Shown: positions 18,988 through 31,544 of the stretch, in pieces
Layout of the letters: each line of letters opens with the position of its first letter
Numbering within the stretch: the stretch's first letter is position 1
The notes under the pieces: model-generated
Databases searched by the model: none
What the model saw: the letters and a program-made list of their open reading frames with translations, nothing else
Told to the model about the DNA's origin: nothing
Assembly (NCBI GenBank): GCA_963742015.1
Contig: CAVUKL010000048.1
Location: 24,971 to 88,970, forward strand
Length of the DNA stretch: 64,000 nt
From: an uncultured Acidobacteriaceae bacterium
Lineage (GTDB): Bacteria > Acidobacteriota > Terriglobia > Terriglobales > Acidobacteriaceae
Reading direction: 5' to 3'
Program-made: the position numbers and the translations under genes

Positions 18988-20169
18988 TTACGCGGACTCC
19001 GTCGGCTGAACTAACATCTTGCCGTTTTTCACGATAAAATTCCGGCCCCGCCACTGAACCGTTGTTCCTGCATAGCACCAGGCCCACAGAGCGAGGGCAA
19101 TGAGGTCGCGAACAGGCAGGAGCCAAAGGTTGTGAAGGAGTTGGCGATCGCCGAGCAGTTCGCCGCCGACGAGCAGTGCGACCGAAACTCTGGCGGCGAC
19201 GGCAATGCTCAGGAGAGCGAGGCTCTCGAGGCTGAGGCCCGAGGCGATCACGTTCAGCAGGGCCCATGCCAGGCCGTAGGAAAACACCATGCCAAAGTAG
19301 CCGGGTGGCCGAGCATCCCGAACGGTGCGGGCCCAGCGCAGTTGATGGGCTAGAAATTCACCAAGGTCGTAAGGAGGCACCGAAGTCTCGACGACCTCTC
19401 GACTCAATACAATCTCGTATCCCTTTGCGGCGATCTGTGCTCCGAGGTGATAGTCGTCCGCGACATAATCGGCCAGCGGCAGCAGTCCTCCTATGGAGTC
19501 AAGCGCCTCGCGCGAGACTGCCAATGTCGAGCCCAATCCGAAATGAATTCCGCCTTCCAGCAGGCGCGCGGTAAGCACGTTGGGGGCAAAGTCGGTCGCG
19601 ATACCCAGCGCCTCCATTCGCGAGGGAACCGTGCGATACGCCTTGCCGCGATAGAGCGCGGTCACCATACCGACCCGTTTCTCAGGTTTCTCAGCAACAA
19701 AGCCGGACATGATGCGGCGCAAATACCGGGCCGAGACCAGGATGTCGCTGTCACTGATCACGATGTGGTCGAATCTCGCGTGGGGCAATGCTTGCACCAG
19801 GCTGCTCACTTTGCCATTGGTCCCGTGCGTCTCGGGGCAAAGAACCAGTTGAATGCTGCGCTCGGGAAACTCGCTCTGCAGGCGCTCGATCGCCTCGATC
19901 GCCGGATCGTCCGGGGTGCCCACTGCAAAGATGATCTCGTAGTCGCCGGGATAGTCCTGCCGGCAGTGGCTGGCGAAACTCTCATACATTTCGGGATCGA
20001 GTCCCTTGACAGGTTTCAGAATGCTGACCGGCGGATGGAAATCGGGTAGCGCCTCGCGGTTCGCCCGAACAAACGACCTAGCGCTCCACAGGACCAGAAG
20101 ATAGTAACCGCAGCCGGCGAAAGCGAGAAGTGTCGTGATTCCCGAAACCACAGTGGAAAGAGAAGTCAT
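18988..20169 (-). CDS. hpnI: Hopanoid glycosyltransferase HpnI (GT2/GT21-like)
   Basis: PPVSILKPVKG, NGKVSSL, ISDSDI, ADDYHLG and HQLRWARTVR. Confidence 0.8.
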   Translation of the reverse strand: MTSLSTVVSGITTLLAFAGCGYYLLVLWSARSFVRANREALPDFHPPVSILKPVKGLDPEMYESFASHCRQDYPGDYEIIFAVGTPDDPAIEAIERLQSEFPERSIQLVLCPETHGTNGKVSSLVQALPHARFDHIVISDSDILVSARYLRRIMSGFVAEKPEKRVGMVTALYRGKAYRTVPSRMEALGIATDFAPNVLTARLLEGGIHFGLGSTLAVSREALDSIGGLLPLADYVADDYHLGAQIAAKGYEIVLSREVVETSVPPYDLGEFLAHQLRWARTVRDARPPGYFGMVFSYGLAWALLNVIASGLSLESLALLSIAVAARVSVALLVGGELLGDRQLLHNLWLLPVRDLIALALWAWCYAGTTVQWRGRNFIVKNGKMLVQPTESA

Positions 20170-20218
20170 GACTTCGCTTCATTTTAGGTCATGAGCAAGC
20201 GGAGACAGGCGGCCCTTG

Positions 20219-21475
20219 TTACTCGTAGCGGAGCGCCTCGATCGGATTTAGATTGGCTGCCTTCCAGGCAGGGTAAATCCCAAAGACAAGCCCGATTGCG
20301 TTCGAAACGACAAAGGCGATGAGCACCCACATAAAGGAAAGCGCCGCGTGCAGGAACTCCACTGCAAAATGCAGGATCAAGGTAAACGTCGCCCCAGCGA
20401 AAATCCCGATAATCCCACCGACCGCACACAGGGTCATGGCTTCAACAGTGAATTGCAGCAGGATGTTTGCTTTGGTCGCGCCAATTGCCTTGCGCACTCC
20501 GATTTCACGTGTTCGTTCGGTGACTGATACCAGCATGATATTCATAACGCCGACGCCGCCGACCATAAGGCCAACCGAAGAGACCGCGACCATAAAGAGA
20601 AAGAGTCCGCTGGTCAGAGAATTCCAAAGTCGGCTGAGAGTGTCGGGACCAAAGATGGCGAAATTATCGTCCTGCTCGACGCGCACCTTGCGGCGGCGGC
20701 GCAGAAGTTCCCGGATTTCATCGGTCACCAGGGCCTTGTTCTTTTCATCATCGTACTTGACCCCAAGCCAGTAATCCTTGATCTCGGGGTGGATTTTCCG
20801 AAATGTCTCGACCGGGAAAAACGCCGAATTGTCTTCCGTATTCCGACCGCCGCCGAAGGGCTGGGGAAAATTATCGAAGACCCCAATAACTGTGAAGACG
20901 TCTCCGTCGACCTCAATCTCTTTCCCGATCGGCTCCTCGTTCTGAAAAAGATCGGCTGCCGCGTCGTGGCCGAGCACGACGACATTGGCGCGTCGGGTCT
21001 CTTCGTCCTCCGTCCACAGGCGGCCCTTGATTAAGGTGACATTGGAAGTCTTCGCAAGGTCGGTGCTGTCTCCGCCGAGAATCGTATTGTTGATCTTCCG
21101 TTTGCCGTATTTGATCGAAACCGCACCGATCCCAAGTTGAAAGTCCTGATAGCGTAACGCCGGGTCGACGGCAACCACGTGAGGCAGCGCGCGGATCGCC
21201 ATCGCATCCTCGTAGGTGAGTTGCTTGCGGTTCAACATCTCAGTCGAGGGCCGTCCGCCAAACGGCTCGAAACGAAAGATCCAAAGTGTGTTGGTGCCCA
21301 GCGATTTTACGAAGCCGTCGATGTTGCTGTTCAGGCCGTTAATGGCCGAAGAAATCAAAATAACCGTTGAGATGCCGATCGAAATGCCAAGCACAGTGAG
21401 GCCGGAACGCAGTTTGTTGGTGCGTAACGTCTCGAAGGCCATTCGCACTGCTTCCTGTGAGTCACGGATGTGCAT
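20219..21475 (-). CDS. MacB/FtsX-type ABC permease
   Basis: NKLRSGLTVLGI, VGGVGVMNIMLVSVTERTREIGVRKAIGA and NPIEALRYE; start at MHIRDSQE. Confidence 0.9.
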   Translation of the reverse strand: MHIRDSQEAVRMAFETLRTNKLRSGLTVLGISIGISTVILISSAINGLNSNIDGFVKSLGTNTLWIFRFEPFGGRPSTEMLNRKQLTYEDAMAIRALPHVVAVDPALRYQDFQLGIGAVSIKYGKRKINNTILGGDSTDLAKTSNVTLIKGRLWTEDEETRRANVVVLGHDAAADLFQNEEPIGKEIEVDGDVFTVIGVFDNFPQPFGGGRNTEDNSAFFPVETFRKIHPEIKDYWLGVKYDDEKNKALVTDEIRELLRRRRKVRVEQDDNFAIFGPDTLSRLWNSLTSGLFLFMVAVSSVGLMVGGVGVMNIMLVSVTERTREIGVRKAIGATKANILLQFTVEAMTLCAVGGIIGIFAGATFTLILHFAVEFLHAALSFMWVLIAFVVSNAIGLVFGIYPAWKAANLNPIEALRYE

Positions 21476-21507
21476 GCTGATGCTCCAGGTTCTCTTCTCG
21501 CGGCGGA

Positions 21508-22770
21508 CTATTCGTACCGTAGGGCATCGATGGGATTGAGGTTGGAAGCCTTCCAGGCAGGATAGATTCCGAAAACGAGCCCGATGGCACACGAAACAAC
21601 GAAGGCGACCAGCACCCACATCGACGAAAGCGCCGCGTGCAGAAAGCCTACCGCAAAATGAAGAATCAGGGTAAACAAAGCTCCGGCAAGAATCCCGATC
21701 ACGCCGCCCACCGCGCACAGCGTCATCGCCTCGATGGTGAACTGCAGCAGGATGTTGGCCTTGGTTGCGCCAATAGCTTTCCGGACGCCGATCTCGCGAG
21801 TGCGCTCGGTCACCGAGACGAGCATAATATTCATCACGCCCACACCGCCAACCATCAGCCCTACCGAGGAGACGGCGACCATGAACAGAAAGAGTCCACC
21901 GGTCAGTGAGTTCCAGAGCCGGGCGAGAGAGTCGGGGCCGAAGATGGCGAAGTTGTCATCCTGCTGCACGAGTACCTTGCGGCGGCGGCGCAGCAGTTCG
22001 CGGATCTCGTCGATGACAAGGGGCTTGTATTTCGGGTCGTCGTATTTGACTGATACCCAGAAGTCCAGGACTTCGGGATGAATTTTGCGGAAGGTATTTA
22101 AGGGAAAGAAGGCGGAGTTGTCCTGGGTGTTCCGGCCACCCCCGAAAGCCTGGGGAAACTTGTCGAACACGCCGATTACGGTAAAGACGTCGCCCTCAGT
22201 CTCGACCTCTTTCCCAATTGGAGATTCGTCCCGGAAAAGCTGCTCCGCGGCATCGTGACCCAGGACCACAACGTTCGCGCGCCGCGTATTCTCGTCCTCG
22301 GTCCATAACCGACCTTCAGCAACATTGATGTTCGAGACCTGGGCGAGGTCCGTGGAGTCGCCCCCAAGCATGGTGTTTTCTATCTTGCGAGTGCCGTATT
22401 TCAGCGTCACCATTCCGACCGCGGGCCCGAGCTGAAAGTTCGCGTACCGCAGCGCGGGATCTACAGCCACGACATGAGGTAGCTCGCGGATCGCCATCCC
22501 ATCCTCATAGGTCAGCTGCTTGCGATTCAGCTGCTCGGTGGTGGGGCGGCTGCCGAATGGCTCAAAGCGAAAAACCCATAAGCTGTTTGTCCCCAGCGAT
22601 TTGACGAAGCCGTCGATGTTGCTGTTCAAGCCATTGATGGCCGACGAGATCAGGATCACCGTGGAGATACCGATCGAAATGCCAAGCACAGTCAGGCCGG
22701 AGCGCAACTTGTTAGTGCGCAGAGTCTCGAAGGCCATCCGTACCGCTTCCTGCGAGTCTCGGATGTGCAT
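21508..22770 (-). CDS. MacB/FtsX-type ABC permease (tandem paralog)
   Basis: Same motifs; the first ~60 aa are identical to the downstream copy. Confidence 0.9.
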   Translation of the reverse strand: MHIRDSQEAVRMAFETLRTNKLRSGLTVLGISIGISTVILISSAINGLNSNIDGFVKSLGTNSLWVFRFEPFGSRPTTEQLNRKQLTYEDGMAIRELPHVVAVDPALRYANFQLGPAVGMVTLKYGTRKIENTMLGGDSTDLAQVSNINVAEGRLWTEDENTRRANVVVLGHDAAEQLFRDESPIGKEVETEGDVFTVIGVFDKFPQAFGGGRNTQDNSAFFPLNTFRKIHPEVLDFWVSVKYDDPKYKPLVIDEIRELLRRRRKVLVQQDDNFAIFGPDSLARLWNSLTGGLFLFMVAVSSVGLMVGGVGVMNIMLVSVTERTREIGVRKAIGATKANILLQFTIEAMTLCAVGGVIGILAGALFTLILHFAVGFLHAALSSMWVLVAFVVSCAIGLVFGIYPAWKASNLNPIDALRYE

Positions 22771-22771
22771 G

Positions 22772-24002
<1,231 letters not shown>

Positions 24003-24186
24003 GGAAAGACCTCGGCAGGACTCAATTGAAGTTTAGCAGCGCAATCGACCTGCGCCTGCGCAGTTCGAATAGACGAGGCTCACCTTGCATAGTTTTACGA
24101 GTCCGGACCGAATATAGTTCCGCCAGCCGCGGCCTTCGCGAAACTTGATGGCCCCGCAACTCCTTTTGGAGCGGCGGGGCCATTTG

Positions 24187-24634
24187 GAGAGCTGCCGATA
24201 AGCCGAATTTTGTCCAAGTCCGAAGACCCGTGACGATCATTCCTCTAGGCGCGCCATTACTGACGCGCTCCAGCGACCTACCCGGAGGTTACGGCGACGA
24301 CCTGACCCGCCTGAGCGTACCGGACCGGCACGCAACCACGGCCTGGGTCTGGCCGCGGATTCCCTCCCTATTTGGTCTTGCTCCGTGTGGGGTTTACCCT
24401 GCCCCCGGCTTTACAGCCGGGGCGGTGCGCTCTTACCGCACCTTTTCACCCTTACCGGAATTCTCGCGCTGTTTAGCGCGACAACCCCGGCGGTATCTTC
24501 TCTGTGGCACTAGCCGTCTTCAGGCCTTGAAGCCTGAATCCCGGACGTTATCCGGCACACTGTCCTGCGGAGTTCGGACTTTCCTCCCCCGGAATGCGAA
24601 TGCACTCCGGCAGCGATCGTCTGGCAACCCTGCT
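24187..24634 (-). ncRNA. rnpB: RNase P RNA (class A)
   Basis: Minus strand has GAGGAAAGTCCGAACTCC, GGTAAGAGCGCACC, GGTAAACCCC, GAATGATCGTC and ACAAAATTCGGCTTATCGG, with TAAAAT -10 at 24641-24646. Ends are approximate. Confidence 0.95.
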
Positions 24635-24665
24635 GCATTCATTTTACCTCAGCGCAGCGCCTGGT

Positions 24666-25079
24666 TTACGGCGTTTGATCCAACATCGCCACGTACTCCG
24701 CGGGGGTTCGGAGAATGACGCCCCCTCTAGACTCGGCAGGATAGTGTCTAAGATTGCCGGTGATAAACCACGCGCCTGTCGTCTTTGCCAGGGAAAGAAA
24801 GCACGCATCATCCGGATCGGGCAGTGGATGTGGCCAGGATGGTCCATCGGGGAACCGCAATGCGCCCTCAATCAAGAATTCCAGCCACGCTGGAGGAAAG
24901 TCATACTGCGCGAATTTGGAATACCGAGAGACTCGTCTGTATTCCGCGACGATGGACGGGCTCACGGCGATTTGGATGTTCGCCTCTTGAATGACATTCC
25001 GAATAATCCAGGCAGGAAAGCCTTTTGGCTTGATCCCCGCAGACATAATGACATTGGTATCGAGTACGATCAGTCTCAT
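24666..25079 (-). CDS. PIN-domain toxin
   Basis: IVLDTNV, AEY, DPDDACF and ITGNLRHY acidic PIN motifs; coupled to the upstream gene. Confidence 0.85.
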   Translation of the reverse strand: MRLIVLDTNVIMSAGIKPKGFPAWIIRNVIQEANIQIAVSPSIVAEYRRVSRYSKFAQYDFPPAWLEFLIEGALRFPDGPSWPHPLPDPDDACFLSLAKTTGAWFITGNLRHYPAESRGGVILRTPAEYVAMLDQTP

Positions 25080-25375
25080 CGCGAGCTTTTGCGCTTTGAC
25101 TTCCGTTGTCTCACCTTGCGAATTTCTTCATCCACCTCATCGTCAGAAACCTGGTCGAATCCTTGCTGGTCGGCGTAACGCCAGCTCTCCTGGAGACTGG
25201 CCATTGCCATTGCGCGGCGTAACTCCTTGTCTCCGACCGCAAGATCTCCCTGCACCGGCACAAGATAGTAGACTGGGCCTTTCTGCCCGGAAAGGAGAAC
25301 GACCTCTCCCCTCGGGACAGATTCAAGCGCCTTTTCCCCTCTAATTCTGAATTCGCGCAACGGAACCTGTCGCAT
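25076..25375 (-). CDS. Antitoxin, Phd/YefM-like
   Basis: 99 aa, upstream of and overlapping the PIN gene by 4 nt; N-terminus VPLREFR..GEVVLLS..GPVYYLVP. Confidence 0.65.
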   Translation of the reverse strand: MRQVPLREFRIRGEKALESVPRGEVVLLSGQKGPVYYLVPVQGDLAVGDKELRRAMAMASLQESWRYADQQGFDQVSDDEVDEEIRKVRQRKSKRKSSR

Positions 25376-25475
25376 GATGTTTCTCTATCGTTATTGTAGC
25401 CGAAACGGCAACGCCCCTCGCCCCAATGGCGCTAACAGGCCTGGAAAAAGAAAAGGTGTATCGATCCAGTTGGGG

Positions 25476-26120
25476 CTACCCAGCGACGCCAGCTTGCGAA
25501 TACAACGCCGCCAACCCCGCCGCCTCCGCGGTAGCCTTCAGCATCGCGTCGAATCCCATGCAGGAATTGATCATCAGGTGATAGAGCCGGTGATTATCCC
25601 ACTGCTGGTCGTAGAAGCGGCGGATGTACTCTTCTCGGCGCTGATCGGTTGCGTCGAGTTCCGCCTCCGCGTCCTTCATCCGGTCGGGAAAATTCTTCTG
25701 GAACCACTGCAATTTGCGCTTCCTCGAGGCGTACACAAACATGTGGAAGGCTCCGGGATAATTGGACAGCACACAGGCTGCGCCACGCCCGAGGATGACC
25801 GCATGACCCTCGGCTGCAACCTTAAGCAAGTAGTCGCGCACCAACGCAGTCATTCGTTCGCTATCGAAAAGCCCCGGCTCCGGCGGCGCGGGCAGCCGGT
25901 CGATGCTCCCGTGCCAAAAGGCTTTGCCGATGCGGTGATACCACGGATCCAACTGCTCATCGCAGCGAGTGACCTGGGATTTGGCGACCCCCGCACGCCG
26001 CGCGATCTCTTCGATGAGGCAGCTGTCGATCAGCTTCCAACCCAGGGCCTCGGCCAGGAGGTGGGCAAACTCCGCGCCCTGGCTTCCGTATTCCCGCTCG
26101 ACGGTGATGACTTTGACCAT
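25476..26120 (-). CDS. Cytidylate kinase-like protein
   Basis: VITVEREYGSQG, VILGRGA, DQRREEY and YHLMINS. Confidence 0.8.
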   Translation of the reverse strand: MVKVITVEREYGSQGAEFAHLLAEALGWKLIDSCLIEEIARRAGVAKSQVTRCDEQLDPWYHRIGKAFWHGSIDRLPAPPEPGLFDSERMTALVRDYLLKVAAEGHAVILGRGAACVLSNYPGAFHMFVYASRKRKLQWFQKNFPDRMKDAEAELDATDQRREEYIRRFYDQQWDNHRLYHLMINSCMGFDAMLKATAEAAGLAALYSQAGVAG

Positions 26121-26215
26121 AAGACCCTCGCCGAAAGAATTCTCGCAGCTCAGCTCCGATGCCGCGATGCTAGCACTGCGCCGAACTGAAATCCACCGCG
26201 AATACGAACGCGCGT

Positions 26216-28725
26216 CTACAACTTTAGTTCGGCGACCGTCGCCCCTTGTCCGCCCTCGTTGTGCGGAGGCTCGCTCACTGTCGCGACCTGCGGATGCCGT
26301 TGCAGGTAGCCGCGCAGCGCTTTGCGCAGAATTCCCATCCCCGTCCCATGAACGATGCGGACCCGCGGCAAGCCCGCAAGAAACGCCCGGTCGAGGAACT
26401 TCTCGACTTCATCCGTAGCCTCATCCACGTTGTGGCCGATCACATTCAGCTCCCAGTTCATGTTCTCGTCCGGCTCAGCCACCGAGACTGAAACTCCACG
26501 TCCGCGGGCCGCCTGCAAGGGCGACATCGAAGGCCGGTCTGATTGCGGATTACGCACAACTTCGGCGATGTCATCCCGGTTCACCCGCATCTTCATCGGC
26601 CCTATTGAAACCTCAAAGACGTTGTCCTCCACCTGGCGCTGCACGACCGCCGTCTTGCCCAGCGACCTCAATTTCACCGTGTCTCCGGCGGCCACGTGAC
26701 GAACGATATGCGGCTGGGCGTTGGCGTCGCCGCGATCTGCGCCGGTATGGCCGGCGACCACCGAGGCATTGAATTGTTCGCTAAACTCGCGCCGCAGCTT
26801 GGCGATGCGCCTCTCGGCTTCTTTCGAAAGCTTCTGCTGCGCTGCGCGGTCATCCACGGCGCGAACCGTCTCACGCATCTGGTATTCGAAGTCCTTGAGC
26901 AGCGACTGCAGCTTCACTTCCATCTCACGGACCTTCGCGCGCCACTCTTTCAGCCCTTCGACCTCCAGCCGGTTTTTCTCGCGCGCGACCTCTTGCTCGC
27001 GAGTTCGGAGGGTCGCTCGCTCGCTGGTGATCGACTCTATCTGGGCATGAAGCTGGTCGAGGAAGCGTCCAATGTCCTGCGTCTGCGTATTCAGCCGCAA
27101 ACGCGCCGATTGGATGATCGCGGAGTCCAGGCCCAAACGCTCCGCGATATTGATGCCCGCCGAAGCGCCCGGCACACCTTGGCGCAATTCGTAGGTCGGC
27201 GCCAGCGTTTGCTCATTGAAGCCGACCGCCGCGTTGATGACTCCCGGAGAGTTCGCCGCATAGACCTTCAGCGAAGTGTGATGCGTCGAGATCAGGCACC
27301 AGGCGCGGGAATGGAGGAAGTGTTCGGCAATCGCGACCGCGAGCGCCGCGCCTTCTTCCGGATCAGTCGCCGAGCCAAGCTCGTCCAACAGCACCAGCGA
27401 ATCCGGCCCCGCGATTCCAGCGATCCGATTCAGGTTAACGATATGCGCCGAGAAGGTCGACAGGTTCTGCTCGATCGATTGTGAATCGCCGATATCGGCG
27501 AGAAACTCGTGGAAGAGCGGGAAGGACTGCCTCTTCTGCCGGAATCGGTATACCCGCTTGCGCCATGATTCCCAGCAGTCCCGTCGTCTTCAACCCGACC
27601 GTTTTGCCGCCGGTGTTTGGACCGCTAATGATAAGTTGCCGCTCGTCGTTGGTCAGATGAATCGAGATCGGGACAACGCTTCCGCCAGCCTTACGCAGCC
27701 GGTGCTCCAGCAGAGGATGCCGCGCCTGCGAAGGCGCAACTCCAGGGACTCGGCGGGATCACAAAATCGTGGGTTGAACACACTGAAAATCCTCCGCAAA
27801 TCGTGCCCGAATCACCAGAGATTCAACCACCGCCAGAATCGTCGCCCCTTCGCCAATAACCTGTGCCTGCGCTCCAATCTGCCGGGTCATGGCGAGGAAG
27901 ATACGATGAATCTCCGCTTGCTCCTCTTCAAATAGCCGGACCAGTTCATTGTTCTGCTCAATCGTCTCCAATGGTTCGACATAGACGGTCTGCCCGCTGG
28001 AACTAGCGCCATGAATAACACCAGGGATCCGCCGCTTCGATTCAGCTTTAATCGGAATTACGAACCGCTCGCCGCGAATCGTGATCAGCTCGTCCTGAAC
28101 GCCGCCACCCTCGGCGAGCCGCCGCATCGTCTGGCGGAGGCTCTGCTCGATCTGCCGCTGCTGGCGCTCGATCTCGCGCCGAATGCGATTCAGGTTCGGC
28201 GACGCATTATCGGCGAGCGATCCGTCAGGCAACATCCGCGAGCGCAGCGACTCGACTAGCGGCCGCAAATTCGCTGTCATCAGCGGCGCGCTCAGCGCCG
28301 AGAAGCTCGGCGATTTCGTCTTTCACCGCATCAGGAGGCGTTTCCATGACAGCCTGCCAGGCGGTGATGTCATCAACCAGGCTGAGGATGTCCCGAATCT
28401 CGCCGGCCTCAAGCGCCGCACCCTCGATCCGCGATTTGTCGAGGAGAGAAGTGGGATCGAAGAGCGAGCCGAGCGCGACCGAAACTCGCTGCGCCAGCAG
28501 GCGGCGCATCTCTGCAACCAGCGCATGCTCGCGACCGAGAAACTCGATACCAGTCGAAGGTTGTAAGCCAAGCGACCAGCTCCGGCCGACCGATGAGTGC
28601 GAATATCCAGCCAGCAATTCGAGAAACCTGGGCCACTCAAGCATAGCGGAGCTAAAGTCGCCGACCGGCGAAGGGATGGGATTCAGGAGTGCCACTCGTC
28701 TATGGTACTTTGGCGGGGCGTTCAC
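26216..28725 (-). CDS. mutS2: MutS2 ATPase/Smr endonuclease (several probable indel errors)
   Basis: [39 protein letters not shown] and Smr [11 protein letters not shown]. Breaks near 28303, 27730-27775 and 27522. Confidence 0.9.
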
Positions 28726-28842
28726 TTGGTTTGCGGCATGGAACTACACTGCCCCGCGCAGCGTAGAATCTGGTGACAGCAAGGCCTGACGCCGGCCAAG
28801 ACATGCTCGCAAACACCGGCGCACGGCAATCGGAGGCCCTCC

Positions 28843-29343
28843 ATGTTTTGCAGCGGCTGCGGTCAACCCCTCGCTCCCTATCAGCAAGTTTGCGCTCATT
28901 GCGGCAAGCCGGCAGCGCTTCCCGCCGCGCCCACGGGATTCTTTCCCTACACAAGAGTTCAGCGGCACGTACATACCCTGGCGATCCTCTGGCTGGTTTA
29001 CTCAATCTTTGCGATTCTGGCCTGGTTCGTCGCGATTCCCTTCCTGGGCTTTATCTTCGCCCACGGCGGCCATGGAATGTTTCATCGCGATTTTCCCTTC
29101 CCAATGTCGATGAGCTGGATCATCCCTTTCGCCACGGTGGTCATCTACATCCGATCCGGCCTTGGGCTGCTGGTGGGAATTGGCCTGCTGCGCCGGGACC
29201 GCTGGGCGCGTCCTCTGGCGCTGATTGTTGGGGTTTTCATGTTGCTGAAAATTCCCTTCGGCACGGCGCTGGGGATTTATACGCTCTGGGTGCTGGCGCC
29301 GACTCAGTCGGGGCAGGAATATGACATGGTCGCAGCGCCTTAG
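28843..29343 (+). CDS. Zinc-ribbon membrane protein
   Basis: MFCSGCG..CAHCG followed by 3-4 TM helices (PFGTALGIYTLWVL); GGAGG RBS. Confidence 0.75.
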   Translation: MFCSGCGQPLAPYQQVCAHCGKPAALPAAPTGFFPYTRVQRHVHTLAILWLVYSIFAILAWFVAIPFLGFIFAHGGHGMFHRDFPFPMSMSWIIPFATVVIYIRSGLGLLVGIGLLRRDRWARPLALIVGVFMLLKIPFGTALGIYTLWVLAPTQSGQEYDMVAAP

Positions 29344-29353
29344 CCGCAGCGAC

Positions 29354-30550
29354 TCAAATCCGTACCAGCTCCGTCTGGATCCTGCCCGTCACGACAGCCT
29401 TGGTGGCCGATGTGATCATGTCGATCTCGCTGCGTACCCCGAACTCCGGCAGATAAATCCCCGGCTCGACCGAAAAGCAGGTGAACGGCAGCAACAGCCG
29501 CTCGTCGTGGGTCTCGAGATTGTCGAGGTGCGCGCCGCTGCCGTGAATCTCTGTCGCAATGTTATGCCCAGTCCGATGTGTGAACCACTCTGCAAATCCA
29601 GCCTCGCGAATCACTGCCCGCGCCGCATCATCGGCCTCGAATCCGGCAATCGGCCGCCCGGTCGCAAATGCCGACTGGACAGTGGCGATGGCCGCATCGC
29701 GAGCGTTACGCACTGTCTCGAAGACTAGCTGCTCACGAGCGCTCGGTTCACGCCCGACAACTCCAGTCCAGGTAATGTCGTAGAAAATCGACTCCGGCCG
29801 GTCCAACCGTCCCCAGATGTCGATCAATACAAAATCGCCCTCGCGGATCGTCTTGGTCGCCTCTTCGGTGGCCGCGTAGTGCGAATCGGAGGTGTTTTCA
29901 TTGGCGGCGACATCGGGCGAATTCTCCCAGACCAATCCCACACGTCGCATCGCCTCAGACAGCCATTGCACCATCGCAAATTCAGTGGTTCCGGCGGGGC
30001 CGCCGCCCGCTTTGCCTCCAACGGCCGGCCTCACTCGACGTCCGATCTCGCGAAATCCCTCGGCCAAAACCTCATCGATAATCCGTTGCGCCTCATAGTG
30101 GCTGGCAATCCGCTCCTCGCTTAAGACCGCTTCAAAATGGCTGACCAGGTCGGAAGAGCTGACGATCGTCTTGCCCATCTCACGCAGCAGTTCAACCGTC
30201 CCCGCATCGACCATCGACACATACATGATCGCGTTGCGCGGCGAGTACTGCATGGCCAGGCGCTGATACGGCGCAAGCATCGCCTTTAGTTGCCCTTCCA
30301 GCTCCTGCCACGACGAGTAAACAGCCTTCGTCCCCGGCAGCGTATCCAAACGTCCGGCCTCGATGCGATGGACCAGCTTCTTCGGCTCGCCTTCGGCCGG
30401 AATTAAGTAATACCATCGCCGGGTCACATGGAGAGATTCGCTTAAACCGAGAATGCGGTAGGCGATAGGATCGCGATGGTGATGGTCGTAAAAGAGCCAG
30501 CCGTCTAGCTTCTGCTCCCGCAGAGCCGATTGAATTGCTTCCAGATTCAT
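29354..30550 (-). CDS. M24 family (Xaa-Pro) peptidase
   Basis: LIDIWG, YDITWTG, HRTGH, SVEPGIY and GVRSE metal ligands. Confidence 0.88.
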   Translation of the reverse strand: MNLEAIQSALREQKLDGWLFYDHHHRDPIAYRILGLSESLHVTRRWYYLIPAEGEPKKLVHRIEAGRLDTLPGTKAVYSSWQELEGQLKAMLAPYQRLAMQYSPRNAIMYVSMVDAGTVELLREMGKTIVSSSDLVSHFEAVLSEERIASHYEAQRIIDEVLAEGFREIGRRVRPAVGGKAGGGPAGTTEFAMVQWLSEAMRRVGLVWENSPDVAANENTSDSHYAATEEATKTIREGDFVLIDIWGRLDRPESIFYDITWTGVVGREPSAREQLVFETVRNARDAAIATVQSAFATGRPIAGFEADDAARAVIREAGFAEWFTHRTGHNIATEIHGSGAHLDNLETHDERLLLPFTCFSVEPGIYLPEFGVRSEIDMITSATKAVVTGRIQTELVRI

Positions 30551-30584
30551 GAGCGATAGTCTAAACGAGGGGCGACCCTCCCGC

Positions 30585-31451
30585 TCAGACCGGACCGCCT
30601 GGTTCCGGTGGCAGTACGGGAGCTGGAAGGTGCGTTCCGCAGCGCTTGCAGTAGCGCGCGTCACGGTCGTGCAACCGCAGGCTGCACTCCGGACAAGGCG
30701 GAGACGGCGCATTGGACGAAGCCCGCGCAAGCTCAAAGCTCACGATGCCGGTCGGCACCGCGATAATTCCGTAACCCACGATCATCAGCACAGACGCCAC
30801 CATGCGCCCGAGAATCGTTTTTGGCGCGATGTCTCCATAGCCAACCGTGGTGACGGTCACAATCGCCCAGTACATACCGGCGGGAATGCTCGTAAAGCCA
30901 TGCGCTTCGCCTTCAATCTGGTACATCAACGCCCCGGCGATCACAACGATTGTCAAAACCGCGAACAAGAAGACTGTGATCTTGCGAAAGCTCTCTACCA
31001 GCGCGATGCGCATCGTGATCGCTTCGCCCATGTATTCGCTGAGCTTCAGGATCCGGAAAATCCGTAGTAGGCGAAGCGACCGGACAACACTGAAAGCGTG
31101 CGCGGTACCGAAAAGCACGCTCAGGTATACCGGCGCAACGGCTAAGAGATCGACAATGCCGAAGAAGCTTCGTGCATAGCGTTTAGCGTTCTTTGCCGTG
31201 ATCAGCCGCGCAACGTATTCGACCGTAAAGAGTGCAGTGAAACCCCACTCCGCAATTTGAAGATAGACGCCATAACTGTCCCGTATCGACCGCACACTCT
31301 CTAGAAGAACTGTGAGAATGCTCAGCAAAATAGAAGTCAGCAAAACAATGTCAAAGAGCCGGCCTGCAGAAGTCTCGTGGCCAAAAATGATCTCGTGCCA
31401 GACGTCGCGCCAGGGGGCGCGCGTTCGAGGATCGGGATGCAAATCGGCCAT
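30585..31451 (-). CDS. Voltage-gated potassium channel
   Basis: S4 segment RSLRLLRIFRILKL, filter TTVGYGD and C-terminal CPEC..CKRC. Confidence 0.9.
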   Translation of the reverse strand: MADLHPDPRTRAPWRDVWHEIIFGHETSAGRLFDIVLLTSILLSILTVLLESVRSIRDSYGVYLQIAEWGFTALFTVEYVARLITAKNAKRYARSFFGIVDLLAVAPVYLSVLFGTAHAFSVVRSLRLLRIFRILKLSEYMGEAITMRIALVESFRKITVFLFAVLTIVVIAGALMYQIEGEAHGFTSIPAGMYWAIVTVTTVGYGDIAPKTILGRMVASVLMIVGYGIIAVPTGIVSFELARASSNAPSPPCPECSLRLHDRDARYCKRCGTHLPAPVLPPEPGGPV

Positions 31452-31544
31452 GGCTTAAAACCGGTTCGGAACGGAGACGCGGGGTTAAGAATACAGCATT
31501 GGCCCTCCCGTCCTTCGCAGGTAAGCATGAACTTGTCCTTACGC

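Noticed and set aside
27759-27761. In-frame TGA in mutS2 as selenocysteine or readthrough
   Set aside because: The shifted frame ([15 protein letters not shown]) fits MutS2 better before ARHPLL, so compensating indel errors are likelier.
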